Origin: Nostoc sp.
Lineage (GTDB): Bacteria > Cyanobacteriota > Cyanobacteriia > Cyanobacteriales > Nostocaceae
Reading direction: 5' to 3'
DNA: 64,000 nt
NCBI GenBank assembly: GCA_036918135.1
Contig: JBALDB010000002.1
Span: 1 to 64,000 of the forward strand
A program made the position numbers and the translations under genes. The notes beneath the pieces were generated by a model that searched no databases, was not told the origin of the DNA, and was given only the letters and a program-made list of their open reading frames with translations. Position 1 is the first letter of the stretch, and every line of letters starts with the position of its first letter. Positions 10,239 to 21,208 of the stretch are shown here, in pieces.

Positions 10239-12086
10239 TTAAGCTAAAGTGACTTGTAACCTATAAGAAAAATCAGGATTAGATACGTCACCTCCTGAGA
10301 AAGTTCCGTCATTCTGAGGGAAGAAATTATATTTGCTCACTGAAATAGAGTACGTACCAGCACTTAGGGAAGTAGTGATTAATGATTGCCTATTACCACC
10401 GTTATCATCATTAACTTCCAATAAAGCCCCAGCATTGTTAAACAGTCCGAGAACTGTATCTCCAGATGTCGCCGTACTGATAGTGACAGTTGCTGAATTT
10501 GCTAAAGAAAATTTAAAAAAGTCGAAATCAGGGTTACCCCCTGGCTGAATTGTTGCTAACTGAGCTGAAAGATTAACATTTGAGCCTGATGATAAGGAAC
10601 CCAATCCTTCAGCGCTGGCTAGTGTATTGTTTGTAGCTTCTCCAGCATTTTCTCGCTCATAGAAAAGGAAGTCATCACTATCAAGTCTGAGATTGTTTCT
10701 GCCCTGCACAATACCTACGATCTCATCTGGCTCTGTTCCCGGTTTGTCTAAAAATATTCGTGTGTTGCTTCCAACAACTTGCAGGCGGTAGTCCTGTGTA
10801 GCTCCTTTGAGTTCAATTCGATCGTCGCTAGAGTTGAAGTCAGTAATGGTAGCCAAGTCACCAAAACCAGGATTTGCAGTGTTGTTATCGTCGTAGAAGA
10901 CATTTACAGCATCTCCCAGGATAAATCTATCTATCCCAATCCCACCAGTCAGAATATCACTTTCGCCTAATCCCGGCGGAAGTAGACTACCAGGGAAAAC
11001 ACCAATGAGGATATCGTCTCCAGACCCTCCATTGAGTATGTCATTACCAGGCCCGCCTTGTAGACTATCATTGCCGTCCTCAGCATTGAGGATATCATCG
11101 CCAAAATTACCGTCTAGCGTATCATTGCCTGTTCTACCATTAAGAGTATTGTTAGCACCATTACCAAACACAAAGTTGTTAAGACTGTTACCTGTGCCGT
11201 TAATGGCGCTAGTTCCCGTTAGCCTCAGATTCTCTACATTGGTGGCGAGTGTATAGGTGATAGAAGACCGGACGGTATCTGTGCCTGAATTAACAGCCTC
11301 AATAATGGTGTCAACAGCACCGTCAATAATGTAAGTGTCATTGCCTGCTCCTCCATTCAAGCTGTCAGTACCAGAACCACCATTAAGTGTGTCATCGCCA
11401 TTTCCACCGTTTAGACTATCGTTGCCGTTATTACCGGATAATTGGTTATTTTGGTTGTCACCAACAATGATGTCATTTGCATTTGTGCCGATGACATTAT
11501 CAAAGTTAATTGCAGTAAATGACAATGTTCCAAAACCAGGAACGTTATTAACAGCCAAACTTTGGTTTTGCAGGTTAACGGTAATAGATACCCCAGAAGA
11601 AGCTTGGGATGCATCTATGGTGTTGTTGGCAACATTAGCATTAGCAATAATCTTTTCTATTTTAAAAAGTTGGTCTCGCCCTAATCCCCCAGCTTTTTGA
11701 AGAATTCCGACGCTTGACAAAGTAATGCTTTGACTTAGTTGACTGTAGTCTGCGGTATCAGTGCCATCTCCGCCGTTAATGCTGTCGTTTCCCTGACTGC
11801 CTTTGAAGATGTCAGCACCTACATCACCGATTAGAGTATCGTTTCCTGTGCCACCATCAAGTGTGTCATTTCCTGTGCCACCATCAAGTGTGTCATTTCC
11901 TGTGCCACCAATTAGACTGTCGTTTGCCGTCCCACCTGCGAGAGAATCGTTACCACCTGCACCATTCAAGGTGTCGTTACCAGAAGTACTATTGGCATTA
12001 CCACCATTAGCCCAACCAACTATCGTGTCATTTCCCGATGTCCCAACGAGACTGTCGGCACTTGTACTGCCAAAAATAAATGCCAT
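10239..12086 (-). CDS. RTX/hemolysin-type Ca-binding repeat protein, longer paralog of 7829-9178
   Basis: Same repeats and C-terminus plus an extra internal segment of about 150 aa. Confidence 0.88.
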   Translation of the reverse strand: MAFIFGSTSADSLVGTSGNDTIVGWANGGNANSTSGNDTLNGAGGNDSLAGGTANDSLIGGTGNDTLDGGTGNDTLDGGTGNDTLIGDVGADIFKGSQGNDSINGGDGTDTADYSQLSQSITLSSVGILQKAGGLGRDQLFKIEKIIANANVANNTIDASQASSGVSITVNLQNQSLAVNNVPGFGTLSFTAINFDNVIGTNANDIIVGDNQNNQLSGNNGNDSLNGGNGDDTLNGGSGTDSLNGGAGNDTYIIDGAVDTIIEAVNSGTDTVRSSITYTLATNVENLRLTGTSAINGTGNSLNNFVFGNGANNTLNGRTGNDTLDGNFGDDILNAEDGNDSLQGGPGNDILNGGSGDDILIGVFPGSLLPPGLGESDILTGGIGIDRFILGDAVNVFYDDNNTANPGFGDLATITDFNSSDDRIELKGATQDYRLQVVGSNTRIFLDKPGTEPDEIVGIVQGRNNLRLDSDDFLFYERENAGEATNNTLASAEGLGSLSSGSNVNLSAQLATIQPGGNPDFDFFKFSLANSATVTISTATSGDTVLGLFNNAGALLEVNDDNGGNRQSLITTSLSAGTYSISVSKYNFFPQNDGTFSGGDVSNPDFSYRLQVTLA

Positions 12087-12896
12087 GTTATTTCTCCTGA
12101 ATTTCTCACTAATACGTAAGTTCAGCCTCAGCTAAAAAACTATTAATTTGTTCAATGCGAACCACTTACCATTTGGGTAATGCTATGTTAGAAAACATTA
12201 ATTATTTGCTTAGGAACTTTTTAACAAAAAATATCTAACTAATTTTTGTAGACAAGTCAAAAAAACCTGTCTTTAGTTACGGGCAAGCGAGCTATCTACT
12301 CTAGAAAATTAGATAATTTATATTCCTAAAAATTACTTAATTGATTACCCAAATGGTAAGCAGTTACGTCAATAATTTTGATTATTGTGTCAAGTTTTTC
12401 GAGCCAAACTGTAATTATTTAATTATCATAAACTAACAGTTAACTAACCTGCTTTATTAAATCTTTAAAATTTCCAAAAATACCATTAATAATGTATTGA
12501 AGTAGACAAGTTAACTTTTATTAATTTTTTGGTCTACATGCTAATTTATTGTGTAAAAATAAGTAGTTATTTTAGCTGAATACAGTATTTTGATTAAGTT
12601 AAGTTTCAATATCAAAATTTTTTGTGATATCAAAATATTTTTTATAAAATAAAAAAATTTTCTATTAAAGAAATAAATTTTAAAATACATAAGTTAAATT
12701 GATATATTTTTGAAAGCTTATTTACGCTTAATAACATTTAAGCTTTACATCAACTTTATATCGTTCCTTGAAATGCTCTTAAATCCAATACCCCTTAATT
12801 AAAATTTTCGGACTGCCTTAACAGATAAAAATTTCTCTATCTTTTTTATGTATCTAACAATTTTTATTCCTTTAAACAGAGAATAATAAAGGTGAA

Positions 12897-13262
12897 ATGA
12901 TTAAGGTAATATGGAATCGGAAAATTAGCGATCGCACTTCATGGAACGTGAATCTCGAACTGTTAGCAGAAGCACTGCAACACCGTGCTAAAAAAGGCAA
13001 ATTACCTAAAGCAGTTGTACTTGTACATTTATATGGTCAAAGTGCAGATATTGATCCAATTTTACAGACTTGTAATCAGTATGATATTCCCTTAATTGAA
13101 GATGCTGCTGAAACTTTAGGAGCTACGTACAAAAAACGTTTGTTAGGAACTTTTGGACGCATTGGTATTTATTCGTTTAATGGCAATAAAATTATTACTA
13201 CTTCTGGCGGTGGGATGTTAGTTTCTGATGATTTAGAATTAAGCCTTATTAGTATTAGTTAG
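12897..13262 (+). pseudogene. Internal fragment of DegT/DnrJ/EryC1 sugar aminotransferase
   Basis: VHLYGQSAD, IEDAAE, SFNGNKIITTSGGG motifs but only 121 aa; both ends missing. Confidence 0.85.
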
Positions 13263-13453
13263 CAGAGGGGAAGCTAAAATTTTAAAGAATCAATACTACT
13301 TCTTCTTTAACAGGAGTAGAAACAGAAATGGGTAAATTAGAACCATTAGTTGATAATAAAAGTAATCCTCTCAATACAGAAGCAGAAGTTATCCGTTCTA
13401 TTCCAGTTCTTGAAAATACAATAACTAAACTTAATCTAAAAGACAATAATAAA
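13263..13453 (+). pseudogene. N-terminal fragment of GumC/Wzc polysaccharide co-polymerase
   Basis: AEGKLKF*RINTTSSLTGV...NPLNTEAEVIRSIPVLENTI; in-frame stop, truncated at purT. Confidence 0.65.
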
Positions 13454-14629
13454 CTAAATAATTTTAATTTTACTTGCAGCATTAGTAGCTTTTTCTCTGG
13501 CCTTATGGACATTCACATCTTTTGCTAAAGCTACTCCCATTCGCCGATATGGATGAGCATTAGGTTTACCAAATAATCTGATATCTACGTCTTTTTCTGA
13601 TAGAGCCTCAGCTACACCAGCAAAAACAATAGAATCAGATTTTGCTGTAGCTAAAATTACTGCACTTGCTGATGCTCCTAATTGTTCTATATGAGGAATT
13701 GGCAAGTTTAAAATAGCTCGCAGATGTAATTCAAATTCGTTGAGATTTTGTGAGATTAATGTCACCATACCCGTATCATGAGGTCTGGGAGAAAGTTCTG
13801 AAAAAATCACTTCATCTTTGGTAATGAAAAACTCAACACCAAAAATTCCGGCTCCTCCTAAAGCATCAGTGACTTTTATGGCTATTTCTTGGGCTTTTAA
13901 TATTTTGTCTTCAGAAATTTCTGCTGGTTGCCACGATTCTTGATAATCGCCTCGTTCTTGACGATGACCAATAGGAGGACAGAAAATTGTTGAGGCATTC
14001 CACTGTTTAATAGTTAGTAAAGTTATCTCAATTTGAAAATTAATAAATTCTTCTACAATTACCTTTTGACTGTCACCTCTAGAATTAGCGATCGCATAAT
14101 TCCAAGCTTTCTCTACTTCACTCTTATTCTGGACTACAGACTGACCTTTTCCAGATGATGACATCACAGGTTTAACAACATTAGGAAACCCAATTTCATT
14201 AGAAATAGCAGTCAATTCTTCTAAACTTACAGCATAACCATATTTAGCTGTTCTGATACCTAATTGTTGATGTGCCAGTTCCCTAATTCTATCACGATTC
14301 ATTGTATAATTAGTAGCAGCCGCAGTCGGAATAACTGTAATTCCTCTGTGTTCAAATTCGATAAGTTTTTCTGTTCTGATAGCTTCAATTTCTGGTATAA
14401 TAAAGTCTGGTTGATGTTTAGTAACTACAGCTTCTAAATCATCAGCACTGAGCATAGAAATTACTTCAAAACGGTCAGCAACTTGCATCGCTGGAGCATT
14501 AGGGTAGCGGTCAACAGCAATCACATAATTGCCAAGACGCTGAGCAGCGATTGTAAATTCTTTGCCTAGTTCCCCAGAACCAAGCAGCATCAATTTTTGG
14601 GGTAGCTTAACATTCATTAACTTGTCCAA
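13454..14629 (-). CDS. purT: formate-dependent phosphoribosylglycinamide formyltransferase
   Basis: LLGSGELGKE, KPVMSSSGKGQS, SELSPRPHDTG. Confidence 0.96.
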   Translation of the reverse strand: MDKLMNVKLPQKLMLLGSGELGKEFTIAAQRLGNYVIAVDRYPNAPAMQVADRFEVISMLSADDLEAVVTKHQPDFIIPEIEAIRTEKLIEFEHRGITVIPTAAATNYTMNRDRIRELAHQQLGIRTAKYGYAVSLEELTAISNEIGFPNVVKPVMSSSGKGQSVVQNKSEVEKAWNYAIANSRGDSQKVIVEEFINFQIEITLLTIKQWNASTIFCPPIGHRQERGDYQESWQPAEISEDKILKAQEIAIKVTDALGGAGIFGVEFFITKDEVIFSELSPRPHDTGMVTLISQNLNEFELHLRAILNLPIPHIEQLGASASAVILATAKSDSIVFAGVAEALSEKDVDIRLFGKPNAHPYRRMGVALAKDVNVHKAREKATNAASKIKII

Positions 14630-14766
14630 GTCAATCTTAATTTAATAATCTTATAACTTTTTGCATTTTAATTATCTTTTTCTTGAGAGATATCCATAAA
14701 TAAAAGTTCACAACTGGGGATGAAAATATCCACCCCACTTCCTATCCCTACTTTTATATTTTTAAG

Positions 14767-15246
14767 CTAGTTAAATATAGCTCCGCGCAGTTGCAAATCT
14801 TGCTGTTGCAAATGAGTTAAACCAGTACCTATACCAAACTGACATTGATTTACTAGGGTATCTAACCAAATAGTCTCATTCAAAGTTGCACCTCTTAAAT
14901 CTGCATTTCTCAAGTCAGCTTTTGTTAAATTTGCAAATAACAGGTCGGCATTGACTAAACTGCTACTTTGTAGATTTGCATATGATAAATTTCCTCTGAT
15001 GAAGTTTACCCCATCTAAAATTAAATCAGATAAATCAGCTTTTTGAAGATTAGGAAACTTTAGCTGATTTGGATATTTTAAAAATCGCATCATACAAATG
15101 ATGTTTGCTTCATTGAAGCGAATCTTAATTAAAAACTCATAACGAGCTATACCTAATTGTTTAAGAATTTTTAAACGTTGTGGAGGGCTTTGTTCTAAAA
15201 ATTGTATCGCTGTATAGCGTAGGTCTTCAATAGAAGGATCTAGCAT
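14767..15246 (-). CDS. pentapeptide-repeat protein
   Basis: A(D/N)LXX repeats. Confidence 0.88.
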   Translation of the reverse strand: MLDPSIEDLRYTAIQFLEQSPPQRLKILKQLGIARYEFLIKIRFNEANIICMMRFLKYPNQLKFPNLQKADLSDLILDGVNFIRGNLSYANLQSSSLVNADLLFANLTKADLRNADLRGATLNETIWLDTLVNQCQFGIGTGLTHLQQQDLQLRGAIFN

Positions 15247-15679
15247 GATTTTTAGATTATTATAGTAGTTGTGCTAATTAAAAATTTAATACTACTTAAT
15301 GTAATTACTGCTACAGATAAATAAAAATGTACAAGTATACCTCCCTAGAGCAAATTTATATATTGCCAAGATTTGGGAAAATTCTTTAAATGTTAATGTC
15401 TACTCATAGAGGCAGAAGGCAGAAGGAAACCTACGTTTAAAACCGTGGGATTGAAACAAGGACACTATATTTCGTGGCGCACCGCCTCTCGAAATACATT
15501 TTCTTTATTTATGGGCTTTATACTTACAACTAAAGTTTTAATTAATATTTTTTGCTTTCTGCCTTCTGCCTTCGACCCTCTGCCTTTCCCTGTAAATAAA
15601 TATAATATACCAATCCTAAAAAACAAGATACCCGACTTCTCAAATAAATCGGGTATCTTAACGTGTTTCAACTACTGAA

Positions 15680-17446
15680 CTAACGTCCTGCTAACAATGC
15701 TTTTGTAGCAGATTCACCTGCTAATCTTACCTGCTTCGTTAACTGGAAGTTGAATAATGCTAAAATACTCAACTGGGCTATGAATGCCATAAAAATTGTT
15801 GTTGCCTCAGAGTATTGTATTGCTGCCCAAGGAAAAGTTGAAAACAGCCAGATAGTGGGATTTTTTTCGGAAGAGATGCTAAGAAATTCTAAAATCATTG
15901 GTGGTAAAAACATTACTGCACCGATAGTTCCAATTGCCCAAAAAGAACGTTTAGGAGTTTTTAGCAAAAGTATCAATTGAGCGATGGTGGCATAAATCAA
16001 CATCATGCTGATAGACAACACTAGGGCTAAAAATAATTTTAACCTGTCAACATTGTCACCTGTCCAGTTTGGGCTATGGTTTGTATCCAAAACAGATGTA
16101 AGTGAAATCCAGACCAGCCAAGGGATACTAACAATTGTCAGATGGATGGCGATCGCCACTAGTGCAGGACTTTTTTCGCTCGAAATTAAATCCTGCCAAA
16201 TACTCTTGTGGTTGGAAACTTTTTGGTGTCGATATCTTGCCCAATCTTGTACGGTTTGACGGTGAGGAGAAAGAATTGCAATCAAACTGAAAAGCAACAC
16301 TAAGTTGTATAATGCCATCAAAGCAAAATTTCGCTCAATTTGTTCATCTAAGTTGAAAACTGTCTGCAAATTTTGTAAGGTCAATCCCCACACCATCAGT
16401 TGGAAAAAAGCTACTAGTATATAACTTTGTCCCTTACTAATTACTGTGGCTTGAGGATTACGGAAGCAACGTTTCAGTGCTTGAAAAATACCGTAAGTAC
16501 ATACTCCATAGTTGCACAAATGGAAGCCAACGAGACTCACAACATTTGTTCCTATTGGTAAATAGAAAAACTGCAAGTTCTTCAAAGGTGAACCATGATA
16601 TAAACGAAACAAGTTAGGAAACAGATAATTTGTGACATCCCAAGGAATAAACAGTCTCAACCAAGCAGCTGAATTATTTAAACTGACGCCGGAAGATGAT
16701 GCTACGATCAGCGTCATGAACAAGAAAAGTAAGACTCCACCACTACCTAACCACGGCTGAAAACCACTGAACTTACGACTAACTAATCCAAATAGTAATG
16801 CAGCACTGTAGAAGAAAATACAGCTACCAACAACAATAGCGTAGTAACTCAAAATGCAACTAAAAGCTATGTTGGCAGAATGTCCAGCCCACAAATGTAA
16901 AGGAACGGCTGTTAAGACTACCAAATAAATTAAACTTGGAACTCCTAGTAACTTGCCAGTCAATATACTTGTTTCGGATTGGGGACTCAAACGAATAAAA
17001 TTCAGCGTACCGCGACGTTCTTCTTTGGCTAAATCATTAATTAGTAAATAAGTTCCTGCAACTAATAGTGTAAATATAAAAATTACACTTAAAGAAAGGA
17101 ATATATATTCCCAATGGTCTCGCCACCACAACTGCCAATCAATTTGGTTTTCTGGGCAGAAATTCTTGGAGATAAAATTATTTAATTCAGCAATTTTAGA
17201 TTGATCTGATTGCTGGTAGGCTTGTGTTAGTAGCTGCCCGTACACTGACTGCAAACGACAGTATGTATTAGTCAGTGAATATTTCTCACCAGGAAGTTCA
17301 CGGAACTGATATAAAAAAACTACTAGTTGCAGTAGTAGGGAAGTTGCAACAGCGATCGCCACATGAAAAAATTTCAGGCGTCCTTTGAGTTCCCGTAATA
17401 ATTGCGGATTTGCATCGCCTATTTTGTCTATAAAATTGAGCATCAT
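15680..17446 (-). CDS. ABC-2-type permease-like membrane protein
   Basis: Multi-TM; KEERRGTLNFIRLSP...GKLLG motif; downstream of ABC ATPase. Confidence 0.8.
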   Translation of the reverse strand: MMLNFIDKIGDANPQLLRELKGRLKFFHVAIAVATSLLLQLVVFLYQFRELPGEKYSLTNTYCRLQSVYGQLLTQAYQQSDQSKIAELNNFISKNFCPENQIDWQLWWRDHWEYIFLSLSVIFIFTLLVAGTYLLINDLAKEERRGTLNFIRLSPQSETSILTGKLLGVPSLIYLVVLTAVPLHLWAGHSANIAFSCILSYYAIVVGSCIFFYSAALLFGLVSRKFSGFQPWLGSGGVLLFLFMTLIVASSSGVSLNNSAAWLRLFIPWDVTNYLFPNLFRLYHGSPLKNLQFFYLPIGTNVVSLVGFHLCNYGVCTYGIFQALKRCFRNPQATVISKGQSYILVAFFQLMVWGLTLQNLQTVFNLDEQIERNFALMALYNLVLLFSLIAILSPHRQTVQDWARYRHQKVSNHKSIWQDLISSEKSPALVAIAIHLTIVSIPWLVWISLTSVLDTNHSPNWTGDNVDRLKLFLALVLSISMMLIYATIAQLILLLKTPKRSFWAIGTIGAVMFLPPMILEFLSISSEKNPTIWLFSTFPWAAIQYSEATTIFMAFIAQLSILALFNFQLTKQVRLAGESATKALLAGR

Positions 17447-17583
17447 AGAATAAATCTCCAAAAATAGGGAGTAATAGTTATTGACTAAGGGAACCTTGAG
17501 AAATAAATTATTCAGTTTGAAGTTGATAACTGATAACTGTTAAGTGTAAACAGTGGGATATTTTTTTATTTGTCAGTCCCTAA

Positions 17584-18534
17584 TCAAGATGCTTGTTTGT
17601 GACCTAATTTTAAGAAAATAGTTTCTAAATCTTCTTGTATGCAGTGAAAATCAGTCAAAGGAATGCCTGTTTGAATGAGCGATCGCAATAATTGGGCACA
17701 TTCTTCCTGTGTACCTGAAAAATTTACCCGCACACTGTTTTTTCCTGGTATCACCTCCCACTCTTTTACTAAAGGATAATGCTTCAACTCACTCAAAAGT
17801 ACCTCTATTTTTCCCAAAGTAGATAACACAATTTGCTGGTGTGAAAGACGTTGGTAAAGTTGCTGTAGCGAAGTACTTTCTACTAAAAAACCAAGTTCCA
17901 TAATTCCCACAGAAGTACACAATTCGGCTAAATCACTAAGAACGTGGGAGGAAATTAAGATTGTCATCCCAGCTTCTCGTAAAGCCTTAATGATTTCACG
18001 GAAATGCATTCTTGCAATCGGGTCAAGACCAGAAACAGGCTCATCTAGTAATAGTAAAATCGGTTCGTGGATAATGGTTCGCGCTAAACTCAAACGCTGT
18101 TTCATCCCCCGTGACAGGGTAGAAATCTGACTGTGGCGTTTGTTACCAAGTTGGATTAACTCTAAAACTTCATGCAGCCGTTGGGTGCGGCGCGGTTCCC
18201 GCAAGCGATATAAACGCGCAAAATAATCTAAGTAGTCCCAGACTGTCAAATCCTCATACAGCGGATAGTCATCAGGTAAATAGCCAAGACGACGCTTGAG
18301 CTTAGGGTTACTCTTGTCACGTAAGAGGCGATCGCCATTAATATAAATCTCCCCTGTAGTTGGTTCCTCAGCAGTCGCCAACATCCGGATCAGAGTGGTT
18401 TTACCTGCGCCATTTGGGCCAATGAGTCCATATACTTCACCCGCCTGGATTTCTAAATCAACGTCATTGACAGCAACGTATCGGTCAAATTGTTTAGTTA
18501 GTCCACGGGTATAAATTGCTAATTCTTTTACCAT
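17584..18534 (-). CDS. ABC transporter ATP-binding protein
   Basis: GPNGAGKTT, LSRGMKQR, LLLDEP. Confidence 0.95.
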   Translation of the reverse strand: MVKELAIYTRGLTKQFDRYVAVNDVDLEIQAGEVYGLIGPNGAGKTTLIRMLATAEEPTTGEIYINGDRLLRDKSNPKLKRRLGYLPDDYPLYEDLTVWDYLDYFARLYRLREPRRTQRLHEVLELIQLGNKRHSQISTLSRGMKQRLSLARTIIHEPILLLLDEPVSGLDPIARMHFREIIKALREAGMTILISSHVLSDLAELCTSVGIMELGFLVESTSLQQLYQRLSHQQIVLSTLGKIEVLLSELKHYPLVKEWEVIPGKNSVRVNFSGTQEECAQLLRSLIQTGIPLTDFHCIQEDLETIFLKLGHKQAS

Positions 18535-18881
18535 CGCTGCGGGGGGTGCGGCTCGTGATTAACAGTTAAGCTAACTTGTTTCTCCACTATTTGTCAGGCT
18601 GGTTTCGGAAATTGAAACTAAGTTTATGTAAAGTCGCTTTGCCTAATGAGCATTATTCATTAAAGTTTTAAATAATTAAATAATATTATTTATTAACTTT
18701 TACTACCGGGAATACTAAAGCTAGAAATTTCCAGGTCTTGTAAGTTAATCAGCTGTGAAAGTTAATGATATTGAATCAATTATGAAAATGCCTGTTATCT
18801 TCAGTGATTACTTTTTTCAAGGTTTAGAAGAGAAATCAAACCAGAAAGGGTGAGTAAAATTTCTCACCCTTTCCTCTTTGT

Positions 18882-19271
18882 TTATTCACTCATTACAGAA
18901 GCACAGGCTTGAGCTTCCTGCCAAAGTTTGGCCAAAAAGAATTCAGCGCGATCGCTCATTGTAGTGACGAACACACCTACAGCATCCTCAGAACCATCTG
19001 AGAGCCAAGAACCCCGCAAGGTGATTTCCACATATTCACTATCGCAGACACACAGAGCAATAATTTCTCTGTCATCTCTTTTCACCTCAGCCTTCAGCAC
19101 TTCTACTCCTGGTAAATCAACAGGAAGCAAAAAGGAAGCTGTACTGGGTTCAACGCTCAGAGTTTGTCCAACTCGTAGTGCCAAAATTACTCGTTGCGCT
19201 ACCCATTCTTCTAGTGACTGAGTGATAAATTCTAAGTAAAAACTGTTTTCAGTGTAAGTTAATTTCAGCAT
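18882..19271 (-). CDS. Alr0857-family hypothetical protein
   Basis: MLKLTYTENSFYLE...EEWVAQRVILALR recognised as this cyanobacterial family. Confidence 0.75.
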   Translation of the reverse strand: MLKLTYTENSFYLEFITQSLEEWVAQRVILALRVGQTLSVEPSTASFLLPVDLPGVEVLKAEVKRDDREIIALCVCDSEYVEITLRGSWLSDGSEDAVGVFVTTMSDRAEFFLAKLWQEAQACASVMSE

Positions 19272-19287
19272 TCCTTATGCTCTCCTG

Positions 19288-19625
19288 TTATTCCAGGTTT
19301 GCTTGCACATTTATTCAAAACTGTTCAGCCTGTAAATCGCGGTATCAGATAATCTAGCGTTAGATGTTTGCTGCTACCGCAATCTTGGCAACTGCGATCG
19401 TTTGGCGGCAATACTTCCCGCTAATTAACTCGTAGAACCTTCGACATCCATTACCAACTTGAGTAAGTGAATTTGCCATTTAATTTCCGTGGTAAAACCC
19501 AGTACTTGAGTTTTTTTTGTCACTAATAAAACAAGCACCCGCTTGATATTAATCTCACATAGTGGTAAAAAATTCTGATAAAACATCACTACGGATTGCT
19601 CTAACAGTTGCGTTGCAGTCGTCAC
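19288..19625 (-). pseudogene. Decayed HNH endonuclease gene (Alr0856-like)
   Basis: N-terminus LEQSVVMFYQNFLPLCEINIKR; other frame VN*REVLPPNDRSCQDCGSSKHLTLDYLIPR; C-terminus EQF*INVQANLE*; stops, frameshifts and deletions. Confidence 0.75.
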
Positions 19626-19975
19626 AGCTTCACTCCTTATAAAAAACCCCCGCTTCTTGTTTGCCTGAAGCGGGGGTTGGAAATTGACCGAAAAATTTTC
19701 TGGTCTTATATCGGTACAGTATTCCTTCGCCTGTACCCCCCGCTTTCTTCATCTAGTTGTGGTTTTGCAATCAGCCCACTAATGCTCAGATATCTAAATT
19801 CATCATTACCCTCTGTGATTTGCCCATGATTTCGACTACTGTCGCCCATAAATAAATACTCCACTCCCACAGCAGCTGATTCCCAATCGGCTCGGCAATT
19901 GGTAGCGCATAAGGAAGTAGAGATGGGATAAATGGATTTCACAGAAAATTTCACCTATTGAACATTCCTTTAAAC

Positions 19976-20004
19976 ATACTACACTTGTATTACTATCCTG
20001 TCTA
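19976..20004 (-). promoter_or_regulatory. Probable TrcR operator overlapping a leftward sigma70-type promoter
   Basis: ATACTACACTTGTATTACTA; minus strand TAGACA-N17-TAGTAT containing TGTAGTAT. Confidence 0.65.
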
Positions 20005-20024
20005 TACCTCTAAGGAGAAAAGTC

Positions 20025-20360
20025 ATGCATACAATCGCTCGCACCCCAACCACCGATATGGAAGTTACCAGCATCCGCCTAGAACGAGAACTCAAAGATA
20101 AACTTAAAGAAATTGCTGGCAATCAGGGATATCAAGCTCTGATCCGAGATATTCTTTGGAATTATGTCCAGCAAAAATCCGGTGAGTGGAAGCCGCGATT
20201 TTCTCGAGCGGATATTCGAGCTAGCATAGCCGCCACAGCTCAGCAAGAAGAACGCTGCGTACTCACAGGTCAACTCATTCAACCCCAACAACCGATGTTG
20301 TTAGGATTAACGAGGAATGGCGATATGGTTCCTTTGAGTGTCGAGAGTTTGGCTGGATAG
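20025..20360 (+). CDS. trcR: Ribbon-helix-helix repressor, probable TrcR (All0854 ortholog)
   Basis: VTSIRLERELKDKLKEIA...GYQALIRDIL RHH/CopG fold; AAGGAG RBS; divergent from HNH and alr0857-like genes as in Anabaena PCC 7120. Confidence 0.75.
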   Translation: MHTIARTPTTDMEVTSIRLERELKDKLKEIAGNQGYQALIRDILWNYVQQKSGEWKPRFSRADIRASIAATAQQEERCVLTGQLIQPQQPMLLGLTRNGDMVPLSVESLAG

Positions 20361-21208
20361 TCTTATATCCAGGCGAATGCAGCTCGGTTATTATGACTAA
20401 ATGATTGGGCTGCATTCAAAATTTAGTTTTATTTTCTATGGTGAGTCAAATTAATTGTTAAAAATTATAGTTTCTTTATTTATAATAAATTATATCAATC
20501 ATGACAAAGTTGGTAGGAAATAATTGTTAATGGCTAAACAATTTCTTCCCAATTACCAAACACAAAAGCAAAACCTGCCTAGTATGCACTCAGATATCGA
20601 GACCTCCACTCGATCGCTCTGAAAAAACGAAGTGCGGCATTCTCGTCCTTACGCGTTCTTGGAAGTTAGCATTTTAGATACCATTCTCTAGAAAGCGCTG
20701 TGGTCTAGATTCCATTTAGGTTTATTCAGCATGAGAGTATTGGGATAGGTTTTAAGCCTAATATTTTTCCAGCTTTAGCTTTGCTATATCTCTTTGAAAC
20801 TAACATAACATCAAAGGATAGCTTATTAACTATACTCCCATTGAAATAAATATTACAGAAAATGTAAATTTTATTCAGTGGTTTTACGGTTAAAAATCCT
20901 GAGGTTGCGCCTTGATTCCAGAGAAATTACGGTTTATGTATACTTACAGACAAGATATTCTAAGTCAAAGTTAGATAATCTTATCAATATAAAGAAACTA
21001 AAAATAATTTGAGCCAAGGATTTTAGATATCCTAAGTATTTCAGTATCCATGTAGCAATTTGCTTAATATATTTGGAAACTTGGCCATCTGACATAGAAA
21101 AGGGCTATAACAGGTGAGAGAAAGTATTCATCCAAAATTTGTCAACGATCGAGGTGTAGCAACACAACTAACGGTGAACAATATGCCAAAAGGTTGGGTG
21201 CAAAAACA

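Noticed and set aside
8625..12135. Plus-strand Ser/Pro/Leu-rich ORFs
   Set aside because: Antisense of RTX nonapeptide repeats.
19608..19954. ORFs between trcR and the HNH remnant
   Set aside because: No recognisable motif; may be a structured leader (hairpin near 19645-19679), but coding cannot be supported.
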